From the human T2T-CHM13v2.0 reference genome, Homo sapiens, in the NCBI RefSeq assembly GCF_009914755.1, contig NC_060935.1: DNA of 64,000 bases. One strand, given 5' to 3'. A program made the translations under genes and the position numbers. The notes under the pieces are model-generated. The model searched no databases. It saw only the letters and a list, made by a program, of their open reading frames with translations, and had not been told where the DNA came from. Below are positions 1 to 25,359 of this stretch, one piece after another (position 1 is the stretch's first letter; each line of letters begins with the position of its first letter).

Positions 1-1302
1 GGTTTTTGCAGAAATTCTTATGTGGGGTACTGGAATCTTCATCTCTAATGATTATCTGTAGGATTCTAATGCAAGTGTTCCAAGATCATAGCTCAAAATG
101 CACAGTCAGAATGGCTCAATAAACATATGCCAAATAAATGAACAAAGAACTGTGAAATAAAATAAATTTTCATATAGTATCTTGAGGATGTTTAGAGCAA
201 TGACTTAATGTGTTTAGAAAGAAAATAAATTAATATTTTCAGAGTTGGTATTTAATCTTTTAATCACAACTTGTATCTAACAAGAGGTATTACAAATCCT
301 TTTGGCTTTTTACCTCTCTTCACATCAGAATCTTTGCTAATTCACATTTTCCTTTCTTTCGAGAAGTTTTTAATTTTTGCCCATTCTTTCATACTTGAAA
401 TTTTTATTACAGGCTTCTCAATTCTTGTCTCATCTCAAAATGAGTCACCTCATTTATTTTACTGTAAGTTTTAGAATGCCTATAATCAAAACTCTGTCTT
501 GCTGTTACTATTGAGAAAAGCAACGTACAAAAAGGTTAAATAATTGAACCGAGGTCACACTACTAGTGCATACAATCTGAGAATCTGAGGTAAGAACTGA
601 AAATTATGTATTTTAAAAACTTCCTTTATTAGCTGCTGCTGCAATACATATCACCTTTCTAAAGCTAAACTGTTTCATAAAATTGTATGTATAGACCTGG
701 AAGGCCTTGAGATATATGATGATAAGGAACTTCTGGGGACACAGATAGTCATGGCATTCTTACATAGTGCACCATGATAAACAGGATTGTGCCAGACACA
801 TTCTCCTTACACTTAGTCATGTTCTACTATGTGACTGACTTGTGCCCTTGAGTACCTGTATGTGATATATCTAAGAAATATCAAGTAGAAGCTATGACAT
901 ATCTTGATGTTAGGAGCTGGTTAGGAGCCCTGGATTACAGAGTTACTTCAGTAATTTAAAAGCTTTGCAACTGAATGAATCACTGTGTTTTCCCATGTGT
1001 AAATGGAAATAATAATATTTATCTTTCCTCTTCTCATGTCATTTTGGGCATCAAAATAGATATTCATGAAACAAGTATTTACTGATACTCAATATTCTGT
1101 GTGATTGGGCACTATAGATGCAGAAGCGAACAAACCTTTCAAAAATTTCTGCTTTTTTTGGTTTTCCCATTCTAGTGGACAGAGAGAGCTATTATTTCAA
1201 GTAAATAAATAATATTCAAATAACTGTTGTGGAGAAAAATAAAGGAAATACAGTTTTGGGGAAAGGAAAGTCAAGGAAGACCTCATTAAAAAAGTAATGT
1301 TT

Positions 1303-1595
1303 GGCCAGGCAGGATGGCTCATGCCTGTAGTTCGAGCACTTTGGGAGGCTGAGGCGGGTGGGTCACCTGAGGTCAGGAGTTCAAGACCAGCCTGGCCAAC
1401 ACGGAGAAACCCCATCTCTACTAAAAATACAAAAATCAGTCAGGTGTGGTGGCACGTGCCTGTAATCTCAGCTACTTCGGAGGCTGAGGCAGAAGAATTG
1501 CTCAAGCCCAGGATGGAGAGGTTGCAGTGAGCGGAGATCAGCCACTGTACTCCAGCCTGGCGACAGAGTAAGGTTCTACCAAAAAAAAAAAAAAA
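1303..1595 (+). mobile_element. Alu (AluS-type), full length
   Basis: GGCCAGGC...left/right arms...poly(A); TSD AAAAAGTAATGTTT / AAAAAGTAAAGTTT (1 mismatch). Confidence 0.95.
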
Positions 1596-1653
1596 GTAAA
1601 GTTTATGGCAACAACTGTAGCAAGAAAACTTCTAAGAAGGATATCATAAGAAG

Positions 1654-2111
1654 TGTAAACCAAAAATAAATAAAGGGACTTCCTCCTCAGCCAGGGCTTG
1701 TAAAATTTAACTTGAAAGACTAGTTCAGGCGGTTAAGGGAAATGGGGGTCGGACATGCCTCATTATTCCTCTCCAGCATTAACATAACACAGACTTTTCT
1801 ATTGATCTCAGGTCTTTAGACAAACCAATTGTCAACCAGAAAATATTTAAATTTACCTACAGCCTGGAAACGCCACGCCACGCTGCCCCAACCTGGACTT
1901 TGAGTTGTCCTGCACCAAACCAAGGTAAATCTTACATGTATTGATTGATAGATTATGTCTCTCTAAAATGTATAAAAGCAAGCTGTACCATGACCACCTT
2001 CAACACATGTCCTCAGGACCTCTGGAAGCTGTGTCACAGGTGTGTCCTCAACCTTGGCAAAATAAACTTTCTAAACTAACTGAGACCTGTCTCAGATTTC
2101 CTGGGTCTACA
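1654..2111 (+). mobile_element. ERV1 solo LTR, MER4 group
   Basis: TG...CA termini with exact 4-bp TSD GAAG (1650-1653, 2112-2115); 3' end CTTGGCAAAATAAACTTTCTAAA..TGAGACCTGTCTCAGA resembles MER4. Confidence 0.85.
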
Positions 2112-2180
2112 GAAGGATAACGAGCAAATACAAGGATACCAGATGTAATGGTTCTTTGGAAACTATCACTGAGTGAAATT

Positions 2181-2221
2181 TGTGTGTGTATGTGCACACA
2201 CAAACACACACACACACACAC
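2181..2221. repeat. (TG)n/(CA)n microsatellite
   Basis: tgtgtgtgtatgtgcacacacaaacacacaca... Confidence 0.9.
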
Positions 2222-2863
2222 TTAATGCAAAGTGCAGAAAATCCAGCTAAGCTCCCTAAACTACAGATATTTCACTTTACTCTTATTCACTTCAAATCTT
2301 TCTCACGTTAAGTGTTACTCATTTCAAGTTCCTATCAAGAGTATCAATGGCCTTCACCAGAGTACAGTTTCAGTGGTTACAACAAAGAAAAATGAGAGAA
2401 AATATATCAGGATGTGGGAATTTCAGATTTAAAAAGACACAGTAGGAAATTGGACTAGAGGAGTTCATTTGCAGAATAACTTATTTGTTGCATGTGGCTT
2501 AATAACTGCCTGTGAGATCTGAAACAGTTTTGACTGAGAGGCTCATTGGCTTTTATGGGATCCAGAAATACACAATTGCAGTAGAGAAGAAGGGCTCATA
2601 AGTGGAGAGAGGTAAAAAGACTACAGCTAAGATGTGTGTACAAAGAAGGAAAACCACAGTAGGTCTAACCCCTGTGTCAGGACAGAATAAAAGGTGAACA
2701 CCTCTTGAATAAGGAACACCTGGGCTTGCTAGGTCAGTATGTTGGGAAGGTTCTGCATGATAGAGGAAGAACGAGCAGAGGAGTAGGTCAAGGATAGGAA
2801 AAAGTTACAAGTTGTAAAACCTAGAACTGGGACCTCAGATACATAGTATACAGAATCCAATAT

Positions 2864-3672
2864 TGATACAGGAGCAGGGTTGGGAAGTGATGTGTAGAGA
2901 AGGGTGGGGTCCCTGGTGAGGGCTCCACCCACAGAACTTTGCCCAAGGACCTAAGTGAGAACAGGCTCTCCTGTTTTTGCACCCAAATGTTGCATTTTCC
3001 AAGACCACTCTGGCCCACCACAGGCCCCATCCTGTGCCCAAAAAAACCCGAGGCCTTAGTGGGCATGGACACAAGTGGCTGGATGTTGACAGGAGCAGAG
3101 GAGCACAACAGCAGACACCAGCAGATGCCAGCAGACCAGTGATGGTGGAACGATGCAGACACCGAGGGGAGTTCGTCTGGGGGTGGTCAGAGCATCATCG
3201 GCAAATGAGCTGCCCGACTCCAGGGGAAGACCAATTTCCCACTCCGTCCCCTTTCTGGCTCCCCATCCATCTCATTGAGAGCCACCTCCACCACTCAATA
3301 AAACCTTGCACTCATCCTCCATGTCCACATGTGATCCAATTTTTCCGATACACTGGGCAAGAACTTGGAATACAGAAAGCCTGCTGCCCTTGTGGTAATG
3401 CAGAGGGTCTAACTGAGCTGATTAATGCAAGCCGCCTGAAGACAGCAAAGCTGAAAGATCACACTGTAACACACACCCATTGGGGCTTCAGGAGCTGTAA
3501 ACACTTAACCCTAGATGCTGCTGTGGGGTTGGAGCCCAAAAACACTCCCACGACCTGTACACCTGCCTGTCTGCATTCCACCCCTAGGGATTTGAGCAGT
3601 GGGGCACCAAAGAAGCAAGCCACACTCCTGTCACTTGCCATGCGAGGAGGATAAGGAAACTCTCCTATTTCA
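2864..3672 (+). mobile_element. ERV1 solo LTR, LTR1/LTR27/MER52-like group
   Basis: TGATACAGG...GGAAACTCTCCTATTTCA; exact 4-bp TSD ATAT on both sides; GC-rich with internal AATAAA. Confidence 0.85.
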
Positions 3673-4234
3673 ATATGAAATAAAACTGCAAGAATCCTTG
3701 TACAAAAAAATTATGTAAAATTTCAGGACCATGAGATCAAAGCATTAAACCAAGCTTGGGATGTTCTTCTAAGCACAAGGCCTTGTGAATAGACTGCATG
3801 ACCATGACCCAACCATACCTGGAACACACAAGCCATAAAAACTGACACTGAAAATACAGAATGAGAAGGAAAGTCCCCAACTCTCAACAATTAAAAAATA
3901 GAAGATGCTCCAAAGGAAGGCTTTTATTCCAGGTGAGAATGCACTAGGCCGTAATCAATTTCAAGAGCCTAATTGTCTAGATCAATTTTGTAGGCTATTC
4001 AATCACAAGTGAATAAGAAAAGACTGTTTCAGAAAAAGAAAAGAAACCAGTCAAGAAAACTACTTAGGAAGAATTCATTGTAAGAAAGATTCTTAAGCTT
4101 GTTTCTTCGTTTGTTTGCTTGTTCAAATGAACCCCTTGAAAATCCAAGATAAATGCAGATACTGAAAATCTCACCTCCAAAATGTAAAAGGTTTATAGAT
4201 TGCCTGAACCGCAGTTAATGAACCCTTTTAAAAA

Positions 4235-4845
4235 ATAAATTTTAATGCATCTATTTAAGGTTCACAACATAATGTCATGTGATACATAGAGTAAAATCTT
4301 ACTATAGTAAAGCAAATTAACACAAACATTAACATATAGTTACCCTTTTTGTGTGTCTGTGTGCAAGATCAGCTAAGATATATTCATTTAGCACGAATCC
4401 CAAATACGGTATAATTTTATTACCCCTAGTCCTCATGTTGTTCATTAGATCTCTAGACTTGTTTATCCTGTGAATTCACCACCTCTTAAAGCATCTGTAC
4501 TTCCATGTTTTTGCAGTATTATTCATCACAGCTAAGGTATGGAAACAACCCAAGTGCCTCATGAAGGACAAATAGATAAAGAAATGGTGGTATATATTTA
4601 CAATAGAATATTATTCATCCCTGAAAAGGAAGATCGTGTTATTTGATACAACACGTACAAGCCTGGAGGACATTATTCTAAGTGAAATAAACCAGACACA
4701 GAAAGACAAATACTGAATGATCTCACTTATATGGGGAATATTTAAAAAATTAAATATACAGTGATAAAAATAAAACAGTGGTTACCAGAGGTAGAGGGCT
4801 AGAAGAGGAAATAGAGGTATGCAGGTTAGAAGATACAAAGTACAT
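4235..4845. mobile_element. Old L1 (L1MA-type) 3' fragments: antisense ~4235-4470, sense ~4490-4845
   Basis: Diverged L1 3' motifs, e.g. GGAAACAACCCAAGTG, CCTGGAGGACATTATTCTAAGTGAAATAA, ATCTCACTTATATG. Confidence 0.7.
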
Positions 4846-4921
4846 GAAAAACTTAGATTAAATTAAGCCCCATCTAATGCCTAAAAATGACCTTGCATTT
4901 GTGTGTGATGAGCATACTGTT

Positions 4922-10995
<6,074 letters not shown>

Positions 10996-13619
10996 TTGTT
11001 TTTTATTTCATCAGTGATAATTCCATAAAATACTATTTGAAAAATATCACAGCGAATTTTAGTGAGTCTGTTGTTAGGGAAATTAATTGAGTTCAAACTC
11101 TGCTACTAGAAATAGAAGATTACATATATGCATTTTTAGGAAACAGAGTACCCCAAAGTTAAATTTGTCCTAGAGGACTGCAGGATAAAATACGATTTTG
11201 TCCATTTTTGCTTGTAAAGGTGGAAACAAGCAAAATTTTTAAAATGAAGAGTAGAAGCATAATAAACAGTTATTTTTTAAGAAGCAACCTTCAAGGTGAC
11301 TTAAAATATTTGAAAATATAAGTCCCTTATTTACTTGAAATAAGGAGATGCAAAGGAAAACATTTGCTAATGTAGTTTTCTATCTTGTCCTCAGAGACAT
11401 ACAAAGCTTTATGCTGTTGGAAACTAGAGAGGAAGAAGATGGGACCCGTAGTCTGTTTTCAAAATGATATTACTTTCAGCGAAAGGAGAATGTATGAGGC
11501 TATCTCTGTCTCCTTTTCATTGCCTTCCTTCTTCTTTAATGGTATTGGAAATGTTCTAATATGGTGAAGAAAAATAAATGATTGAAATACAAATGATGTG
11601 TGCTAGGAGCTAAGTGGAAAAAATATATAAATTCACTAGATCATTTATTTGCAAGGAAAGTAAAGTACACAGATGGATTCTAGATTGAAATGTGAGACTC
11701 AGGGCCAACAGAATGTTTCGTGTTAACCTTGACAGATGCAACACTTAAATCAACTCTCAATATACCTGTCCACTAATGGCCAACTTGTCAGCAGTCTAGT
11801 ACCTATGATCAGATGCAAATGACCAGTGATACCCAAAAGCAGCAATTCCCTAAGCTATCCAGGTGTGCTCAGAGATTCTCCCAAGCAAACAAAAGTTCTG
11901 GGTGGCTCTGGAACCTATGCTCAGCTCTGCCACCAACTAACTTTCTAATTGAACTTGGTTAATATCTCGCTCATTTGCAATTTTTGCAAAATAAATTAGA
12001 TTACATGATACTGGGCCTACTCTAATATACTGAATGTCTGAGTAAATATTTTAGTATTCAAAAAGTAACAATTTTATGAATCTAATCCCCATTAGTGATT
12101 TTGATTCTAGCTTCATCAGTAACAAATCGTACCACCACCACAGTGTCAAATTATCTAAACTGTCTTACGTTAATGTTCCCAGCTATAAAATGAGAAATGG
12201 AGTTTTTAGGAGGAATAATATAGTTTACTCATTTAAAGTGCTTAGAAAAATGATTTGCATATAGTAAGCATGTAATGAGTATTGTTACAAATGGAGTTAA
12301 CACTTTTCATAGCTAACCTCCTTTCCTACTTCTTTGCTCACAGCCTCTGAGAGAAGGCACTGAGAATTTTTCAGAGGAGAAACTGATTCATGCCCCCCAA
12401 TGATATGCAAAGTAAAAGAAAAAAATGATTTTTAATAATAAAAATGCAAACATTTTGTGAGATTCAGTTAATACATTAATATATTTCCCCTTTAACCAAA
12501 AATAAAGAACATAAAAATGCAAGGACTTAATTCTGGTTCTGATATATACTCATTTCCTTGATATTTGATTAAAAAGGTTTTTAGGTGCTTCTCTAAGCTT
12601 TAAAATGCAGTCATATTTATAGCAAGATGTGAGAGGTGGAGACCTGCTCTTAAAGCAAATCTCAGAGGGACTAAGGAATAGCAGTGATGAGTGTTACTTC
12701 TGGAATCATCCCTCTTGTGTTTAATTAAAGGACTCTGGGATTAGGAAACTAATTATGCTTCAGTCATATTGTCATAATTTCAAATGTATCATTGTTTGTT
12801 GTATGAGCTCCATAGAAGGCATACAAAAAAAAATCTTGAAATTTTGAGGATTACACTTTTGGAGGGTAAAGTCAGAAAGAAGAAAGATGATGGAATAGAA
12901 AATCCCCTAGCATCACTGTCCCCATAAAAATAAAACTAGAAGCTATTCAAAGATGGGAGCTCCATTGTAAATACAACAGAACTCAGAGGAGAAGTGCAGA
13001 ATCAAGGAAAGTTGTGGAGTGTAAAAGAAATGGTCATTTCCGGTTGCACTACCCCCTTTCCCAAGCTAGTATAATGCCACTCACAAAGAATTTCCCTAGA
13101 CCTATGTCTGCTAAGGAGGAAGGGGGGAAATGGAATTGGATGTTCAGTCTCCCTCCAGCTTAGGAATCTTCATCAGTAATCCACTCTGGTCCTCTCTCAT
13201 AAAAACCTTTGGGAGTGCTAGGAGAATTGAATCATCTGAGGTGAACTGAGAACAAAGAATAGGACACTGAATGCAGTACCTGATGCATGGAGCCTGGTGG
13301 CTACTCAGCACTGTAATTAGTAGAGATGCCACATTTAACAGACCGATTAGTGTCATAGAAATACAGGAAGCACAGTTGGCAGTACAGCAAGAATTCTTAG
13401 CCGGATTTTCCACAAACCCAAGGTTCTTTCATGAAGCCTCCCCCAGCCTGGCCCCAAAACAATTAAAAGACTGGGATTAATAACTTTCCGGAATTGGAAA
13501 CAATGACAGCACAGCAATATAGTCCCAACACAGTATTTAAGCTTCAGTGCACAAAATAAGACTTCCCCACACTAGGAAACAATGACAGAAGAGAAATTTA
13601 GTTGCAGTGGTCACTATAA

Positions 13620-13967
<348 letters not shown>

Positions 13968-14872
13968 CTAAGAACTAAAGATCTAAGACCAACAAAGAAC
14001 ACCTGCGAAAACTGGAAGTGTCTCTCTCTTCAAATGCACAGGCATCGACATAAATATGCGAAGATTATAAAAACCAAGGGAAATATGACACCACCAAAAG
14101 AAATCAACAGAGGCTCAACAATGGACCCTGAACAATTAAAGATCTATTAAATGTCTGACAATGAATTCAGCATAAGCCTCTTAAAGAAGTTCAAGAAATT
14201 ACAGGTCAGAACAAAGATCTCTGAGGAAATAAGGAATTTAAAAAAATATTTAAAGAAAGAAAAATGTTAAAAAAAGAAATTATAAGAAAACAGAAAACTA
14301 AAAAAAAAGGAAAATAATTCAGGAAGAAAATAAGAAATTGGAAAGAGAAATAAAAACAATGTTTAAAAATATTAATCCCAGAAATAAAGAATACAAAAAC
14401 TGAACTTAAAAACTCATTAGAAATCTTTTTTTTTTTTTTAAGGAGGTTTTGTTTTTATTATTTCCTTAGCAAACTCAGGAAATAAAAACAAATCTGAAAT
14501 TACAATGGGATTGCAGCATATGCTCTTTGAATTTATGCAAATTTAATTATATGCCTGAAGGGAGAGAGAGACAATTCAAAGGGTGGAAAGAGGTTAGCTG
14601 GTTGAGCCCTGTGGGAGGGTGCCTGGGGGTGAGGACACCTTGAGGATTGTTGCTCTGCTCTACACTCAGTGGATCCTGGTCCCTGCTCTCGACGGGAGGG
14701 GCAATTAAGGGGTGTTCAAGGTTCGTCTGGACTCTAGACTTCTTCCTTACATGCTGAATTTTCAATCCAAGCCCTGCTCGAAAGCCAACTGTACTGCGCC
14801 TGCAAGTGGAGCTGTGGACTGGACGGCAAGCAGAGGGGAAGCCTTTGAAGATGGGAACCCAGTTTTGACAGG

Positions 14873-15170
14873 TATATTCTTTTTCTGTTGCTGCCATAAT
14901 AAACTATCACAGATTTAATCCCTTAAAACAACACAAATTTTGTCTTGCATTTCTGGATGTCCAAAGCCCAAAATGCTTCTTACTGGGCTAGAATCAAGGT
15001 GTCGGCAGTACTGCTTTCTTTTTGGAGGTTCTCGGGGAAAATCTACTTTCTTGCTTTTTCCAGGTTTTGGAGGCTGCCCGCATTCTACCTCCAAAGCCAG
15101 CAATGGCCACACATCTTTCATCTTTCTCACCCATTGCTATGACGCTGACTCCCTGCCTCCCTCTTCCCAA
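14873..15170 (-). mobile_element. MaLR MLT1-type LTR fragment
   Basis: TTGCTGCCATAATAAACTATCACAGATTT..CTTAAAACAACACAAATTT..TGGGCTAGAATCAAGGTGTCGGCAG resembles MLT1. Confidence 0.75.
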
Positions 15171-15181
15171 CCTCCTCTATC

Positions 15182-15506
<325 letters not shown>

Positions 15507-15868
15507 TAAGCTTGAAGATAGAACATTTGAAACTAACTTCTCAGAGGAGCTGAAAAAAAAAAAAAAGTAAAGCAGGCCTATGAAAATTATGGGACACAAT
15601 CAAGTACATTAACTTTTGCATGATTGAAATATCCAAATGGAATGAGAGATAAAAAGGCCTAGAAACTATACTTATTGAAATAATAACTGAAAATTTCTCA
15701 GTTCTGGAGAAACACAATAGCATCTAGGTAGAAAAGACCATTGCTCACCAATCAAATTCAATACAAACAGTAATATCTCAGGTTACACTGTAATCAAATT
15801 AGGAAAAATCAAAGACAAAGAAATAATATTCAAATCAGCAAGAGAAAAATATCACATTTAATGGAGAC

Positions 15869-18270
15869 TGATATGGTTTGGCTCTGTGTCTCCACCCAAA
15901 TTTCATCTAAATTTGCCGTCTCCTACTGCTGGAGGTGGGACCTGGTGGGAAGTGATTGGATCATGGGGGTGATTTCTAATGGTTTAGCACCATTCCCCTA
16001 GTGTTGCCTTGTGTTAGAGTTCTCACAATATCTGTTATTTAAAAGTGTGTAGCACTTCCCCCTTCGCTCTGTTTTTCTCCTCTTGCCATGTGCTTGTTTT
16101 CCCTTTGCCCTTCCACCATGATTGTTAGTTTTCTGAGGCCTTCTCAACCATGCTACCTATACAGCCTAAGGAACGGTGAATCGATTAAACCTCTTTTCTT
16201 CATAAATTACTCAATCTCAGTTAGTTCTTTACAGTGATGTGAGAATGGACTAATACATAAAATTGGTACCAGAGAAGTGGGGCATTCCTATAGATACCCA
16301 AAAATGTGGAATCGACTTTGTAATTGGGTAACAAGCAGAGGTTGGAACAGTTTGGAGGGCTCAGAAGAAGACAGGAAGAGGAGAAAGTTTGGAACTTCCT
16401 AGAGACTTGTTGAGTGGTGGTGAACAAAATACTAATAGTAATATGGAGAGTGAAGTCCAGGCTGAGGTGGTCTCAGATGGAGATGTAGAACTTATTAGGA
16501 AGTGGAGTAAAGGTAACTCTTGCTATGCTTTAACAAAGAGACTGGTGGCATTGTGCCCCTGCTCTAGAGAGCTGTGGAACTTTGAATTTGAGAGAGATGA
16601 ATTCAGGTACCTGGTGGAAGAAATTTCTAAGCAGCAAAGCATTCAAGAATTAGCCTGGCTTCTTCTCTATTTTCAAAGAGATGGTCTGAAATTGGAATTT
16701 ATATTTAAAAGGAAAGCAGAGCATGAAAGTTTGAAAAATTTGCAGCCTGAACATGTGGTAGAAAAGAAAAACCCATTTTATAGGGAGGAATTCAAGGCTG
16801 CAGAAGTTTGCATAAATAAAGAGGAGCTACATGTTAATAGCCAAGACAGTGGGGAAAATGCCTCCAAGAAATTTCAGAGACCTTTATTACAGCCACTCCC
16901 ATCATAGGCTCAGAGGGCAAATAGGAAAAAATGATGTCGGGGGCCAGACCCAGGTCTGCAGTGCTCTGTGTAGCCTCAGAACATGATGACCTGCGTCCTA
17001 GCCACTCCAACTCCAGTCAGGACTAAAAAGTGCCAAGGTACAGCTTGGGCCATTGCTTCAGAGGGTGCAAGCCCCAAGCTTTGGCAAGTTCCACATAGTG
17101 TCTGGCCTGTGGGTGTGCAGAAGACATGAATTAAGGCTTGGGAGCTTTTGCCTAAGTTTTAGAGGTTGTATGCAAATGCCTGGATATCCAGGCAGAAGTC
17201 TGCTGCAGGGGCAGAATCCTCACAGAGAGCCTCTACTAGTGCAATGCAGAAGGAAAATGTGGGGTTGGAGCCCCCACACCGAGTTCCCACTGGGTCCTGC
17301 GTAATGGATCTGTAAGAAAAGGGACACTATCTTTCAGAAACCAGAATGGTAGCTCCACTCACAGCTTGTGCCATGCATCTGGAAAAGCCACAAGCACTCA
17401 AAATCAGCCTGTGAAAGCAGCCAACAGGGCTGCACCCTGCAGAGCCATGAGGGTGGAGTTGCCCCAGGCCTTGAGAGAGCAACCCTTGCATTAGTGTGGC
17501 CTGGATGTGAAACATGGAGTCAAAGGAGATTATTTTGGAGCTTTAAGATTTAATGACTGCCCTTCTGGATTTTGGACTTGCATGGCATATGTAGCTCCTT
17601 TATTTTGGCCAATTTCTTCCTTTTGGAACAGAAGCATTTATCCACTGCCTGTAACTCCCTTGTATCTTAGAAGTAAATAACTTGTTTTTAGTTTTACAGG
17701 CTTACCTGTGGACCTTGTCTCAGATGAGATTTTGGACATTTGGACATTTGGACATGAGGAATTGGACATTTAAGTTTGTGCTGGAATGAGTTAAAACTTT
17801 GGGGAACTATTGGGAAGACATGATTGCGTTTTGAAATGTGAGAAGAACATGAAATTTGGGAGGGACCGGGACAGAATGATATGGTTTGACTCTGTGTTCC
17901 CACCTAAGCCTTATATTGAATTGTAATCCCCCAGTTTTGGAGGTGGGGCCTGGTGGGAGGTGAATGGATCATCGGGGTGTTTTCTAATAGTTTAATACCA
18001 TTCCCCTAGTGCTATCTTATGATAGAGTTCTCATGAGATCTGTTTGTTTAAAAGTGTGTAGCACTTTCCCCTTTACCCTCTCTCCTCTGTCGCCATGTGA
18101 AGATGTGCTTGCTTCCCCTTCACCTTCCATCATGATTGTAAGTTTCCTGAAGCCTCCCAGCCATGCCTCCTGTACAGCCTGTGGAACTGTGTGTCAATTA
18201 AACCTCTTCACTTTATAGACTACTCAGGCTAAGGTAATTTTGTTTAGCAATGTGAGAACAGAGTAATACA
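15869..18270 (+). mobile_element. Full-length ERVL-MaLR (MSTA): LTR 15869-16257, internal 16258-17876, LTR 17877-18270
   Basis: Two TGATATGGTTTG...TAATACA LTRs flanking a THE1/MST-int-like sequence; 172-aa internal ORF remnant at 16389-16907. Confidence 0.92.
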
Positions 18271-20709
18271 GAGCTTGAATATGGCTTTCAGCAGATTTCT
18301 CACAGAAGCTAGCAGGTCAAGAGGAAATGGTATGCTATACTCAAGATGATAAGAGAAAAAATCTTTCAAGGAAGAATATTATGTGCATTAAAGTTATTCT
18401 TCGAACATGAAGGTGAAATAAAGATTTTTTTTTCGCAGAAAAACAAAAGCTGAGGAAATTCATCAACACCAGACCTGTTTTTCAAGAAATGCTAAAGAGA
18501 GTTCTTCAGTCTGAAAGAAATGGGTACTAACATGTAACAGGAAAACATTGGAATGTATAAAATTCCCTCGTAAAAGAACATTCAAAATCAGAATACTGTC
18601 ATACTATAATTGTGGTAAATAAACCACTTGTATCATAAGTATGAAGAATAAAATACAAAACTATTAAAACCATCAATAACTACAGTTTAGAAGTAGGCAA
18701 TATAAAAACATGTACATTGAAACACCAAAAGTCAAAATGTGTGTAGGGCATATTAAAAGTGTAGAGTTGGTTTTTGATGCTTTTATTTGCAATCAAAATT
18801 AAGTCATTATCTGTTCAAAACGAACTGTTATACTATAGATTTTTTTTGTAAACCTCACGGTACCCACAAAACAAAAACCTATGACAGATACACAAAAACA
18901 TAGCATGGAATCAAAACATACTTCTAAAGAAAATTACTTAACTACAGAGTAATACAGTAAGATAGAACACAAGAAATAAAGGATTTAGAAAACAACAAGC
19001 GAAGAAATAACAAAATGGCAGTAGTAAACTCTTACCTAACAATAATACTCTTCAATGTTAATAGACAAAATTCTACAATTAAAAGACGCTGAGTGACTGC
19101 TCAATGGAAAAAAAAGTAAAACAAAAGAAAAACAAACAAACAAATATCAATACTCAAGTATGTGCTGTCTTCAAGAAATTTACCTATAAAGACAGGCATA
19201 TACTAGAGTAGCAAGTTAGATAAAAAATAAGATCCATCCATCTGCAATTTTCAAGAGATCTATCTCACATAGGCTCAAAGTAAAAGGATGAAAAATAATC
19301 TACTAGACAAATGAAAAATAAAAGACAGCAGGGGTTGCTATTGTTATGTCAGATAAAAGAAGCTGTAAACCAAAAACTGGAAAAAATGACAAAAAGGGCA
19401 CTGCCTAATGACATAGGGTTCAATTAAACAAGAAGACTTAACTATCCTACACATATACACACCCCACATTGGAGCACCCAAATTCATAAAACAAGTACCT
19501 CTAGAGTGACAAAAAGACCTAAAAAGCCACACAATAGCAGTAGGGGAATTCAACACCCCAATTACAGCCTTAGGTCATCAAGGTCTGAAAACTAATAAAT
19601 TCTGGACTTAAATTTGACACTTGATTAATTGGACCTAATAGACATCTGCGGAGTACTCCACCCATAACCACAGAATATACGTTCTTGTCCTCTGCACCTG
19701 GAACATACTGGAAGGTTGATCACATACTAGGCCATAAAGCCAGTGTCAATCAATTAAGAAATAAAATCATGTCAAACTCCCTCTTGGAGAACACTGGAAT
19801 AAAAATAAAAATCAATACCAAGATCTCTCAAAACCACAAAATTATACGGGAATTAAACAATTTGCTACTGAATGACTTTTGGGCAAACAACTAAACCAGA
19901 AATTAACAAAATATATATTTGAAATAAATAAAAACAGAGACACAACTTACCGAAATCTCTGGGATGCAGCAAAATCAGTGTTAAAAGGAAAGTGTACAGC
20001 GCTAAACACTTCCCTCAAAAAGTTAGAAAGTTCTCAAATTAATGATCTAACATCTCACCTAGAGGAACTATAAAACAACAAACTAACTCCAAAGCCAGTA
20101 AAAGAAAATAAATAACTAAATCAGAGTAAAACTGAATGAAACTGAGACCCCAAAATACATCCAAAAACCAATAAAACCAAAAGTTTATTTGAAAGGATAC
20201 ACAAAATGGATAGACTGCTAGCTAGATTAACAAAGAAAATAAGAAAGAAGATCCAAATCAGCACGATCAGAAATGACAAAGGTGACATTACAATCAATTC
20301 CTCAGACATATAAAAGACTATCATAGACTACTATACAAAAATCTAATCAAAATGTTTTAAAGACAAATGTATGACCTGAAACTATAAATCTACTAGAAGA
20401 AAACTCTGGGAAAATACTTTTAGACATTGGTCTAGGTAAAGAGTTTTTGGATAAGGCCTCTAAAGCACAGGCAACAAAACCAAATATAGATAAACAGGAT
20501 TTCATCAAACAAAAGAAATCTCTGCACAGCAAAAGAAGTAATCTATAGAGTGAAAAGACAACCTACACAATGGGAGAAAATACTTACAAATCATTCATCT
20601 GACAAGGGACTAATATTCAGGTTACATAGGAAATTTGAACAACTCAATTTCAAAATAAATAAATTTTTAAAAATCTGATTGAAATGTGCAAATGATTATA
20701 GATATCTCT

Positions 20710-24875
<4,166 letters not shown>

Positions 24876-25359
24876 TCAAAAAGAAGATATTCAAATTGTC
24901 AGCAGGTATATGAAAAAAAGGTTTAATTCACTAATCATAAATGAAATGCAAATCAAGACCATAATGAAGTATAACCTCAACCAATTTGTAATGATTGTCA
25001 TTAAAAAGACAAAAAAATGAACAGAGGTTTGCAAGGATACACAGAAAAAGGAATGCTCGTACATTATTGGCAAAAATGTAAATTAGTATAGCCACTATAT
25101 AACTCAATATAGCTGTTGCTCAAAAAAAATTAAAAACTACTTTATTGATAATGTTTTTTGCTGGAGGAGATAGATGACAAATACACCCACAAACAAATAT
25201 ATGGCAGGTGATGATAAGTACTGTGAAAACAAACAAACAAACAAATTGGGGCATAGGAGTAGAGGTTAAATAATTTGCCTGAGATTTCATAGGGAGTAAG
25301 AGGTGGAACCAGGACTTGATGAATTTGAAAGCTGACTCTAGTCACATGACCTCTGACTG

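Noticed and set aside
2977-3654. 225-aa ORF on +
   Set aside because: Lies wholly inside a GC-rich solo LTR; no recognisable protein motif.
12650-12780. Cluster of TAATTA and partial O/E motifs as an OR enhancer
   Set aside because: O/E matches are poor and TAAT is frequent in AT-rich DNA.
16389-16907. 172-aa ORF as a novel gene
   Set aside because: Ordinary remnant of the MaLR internal ORF.
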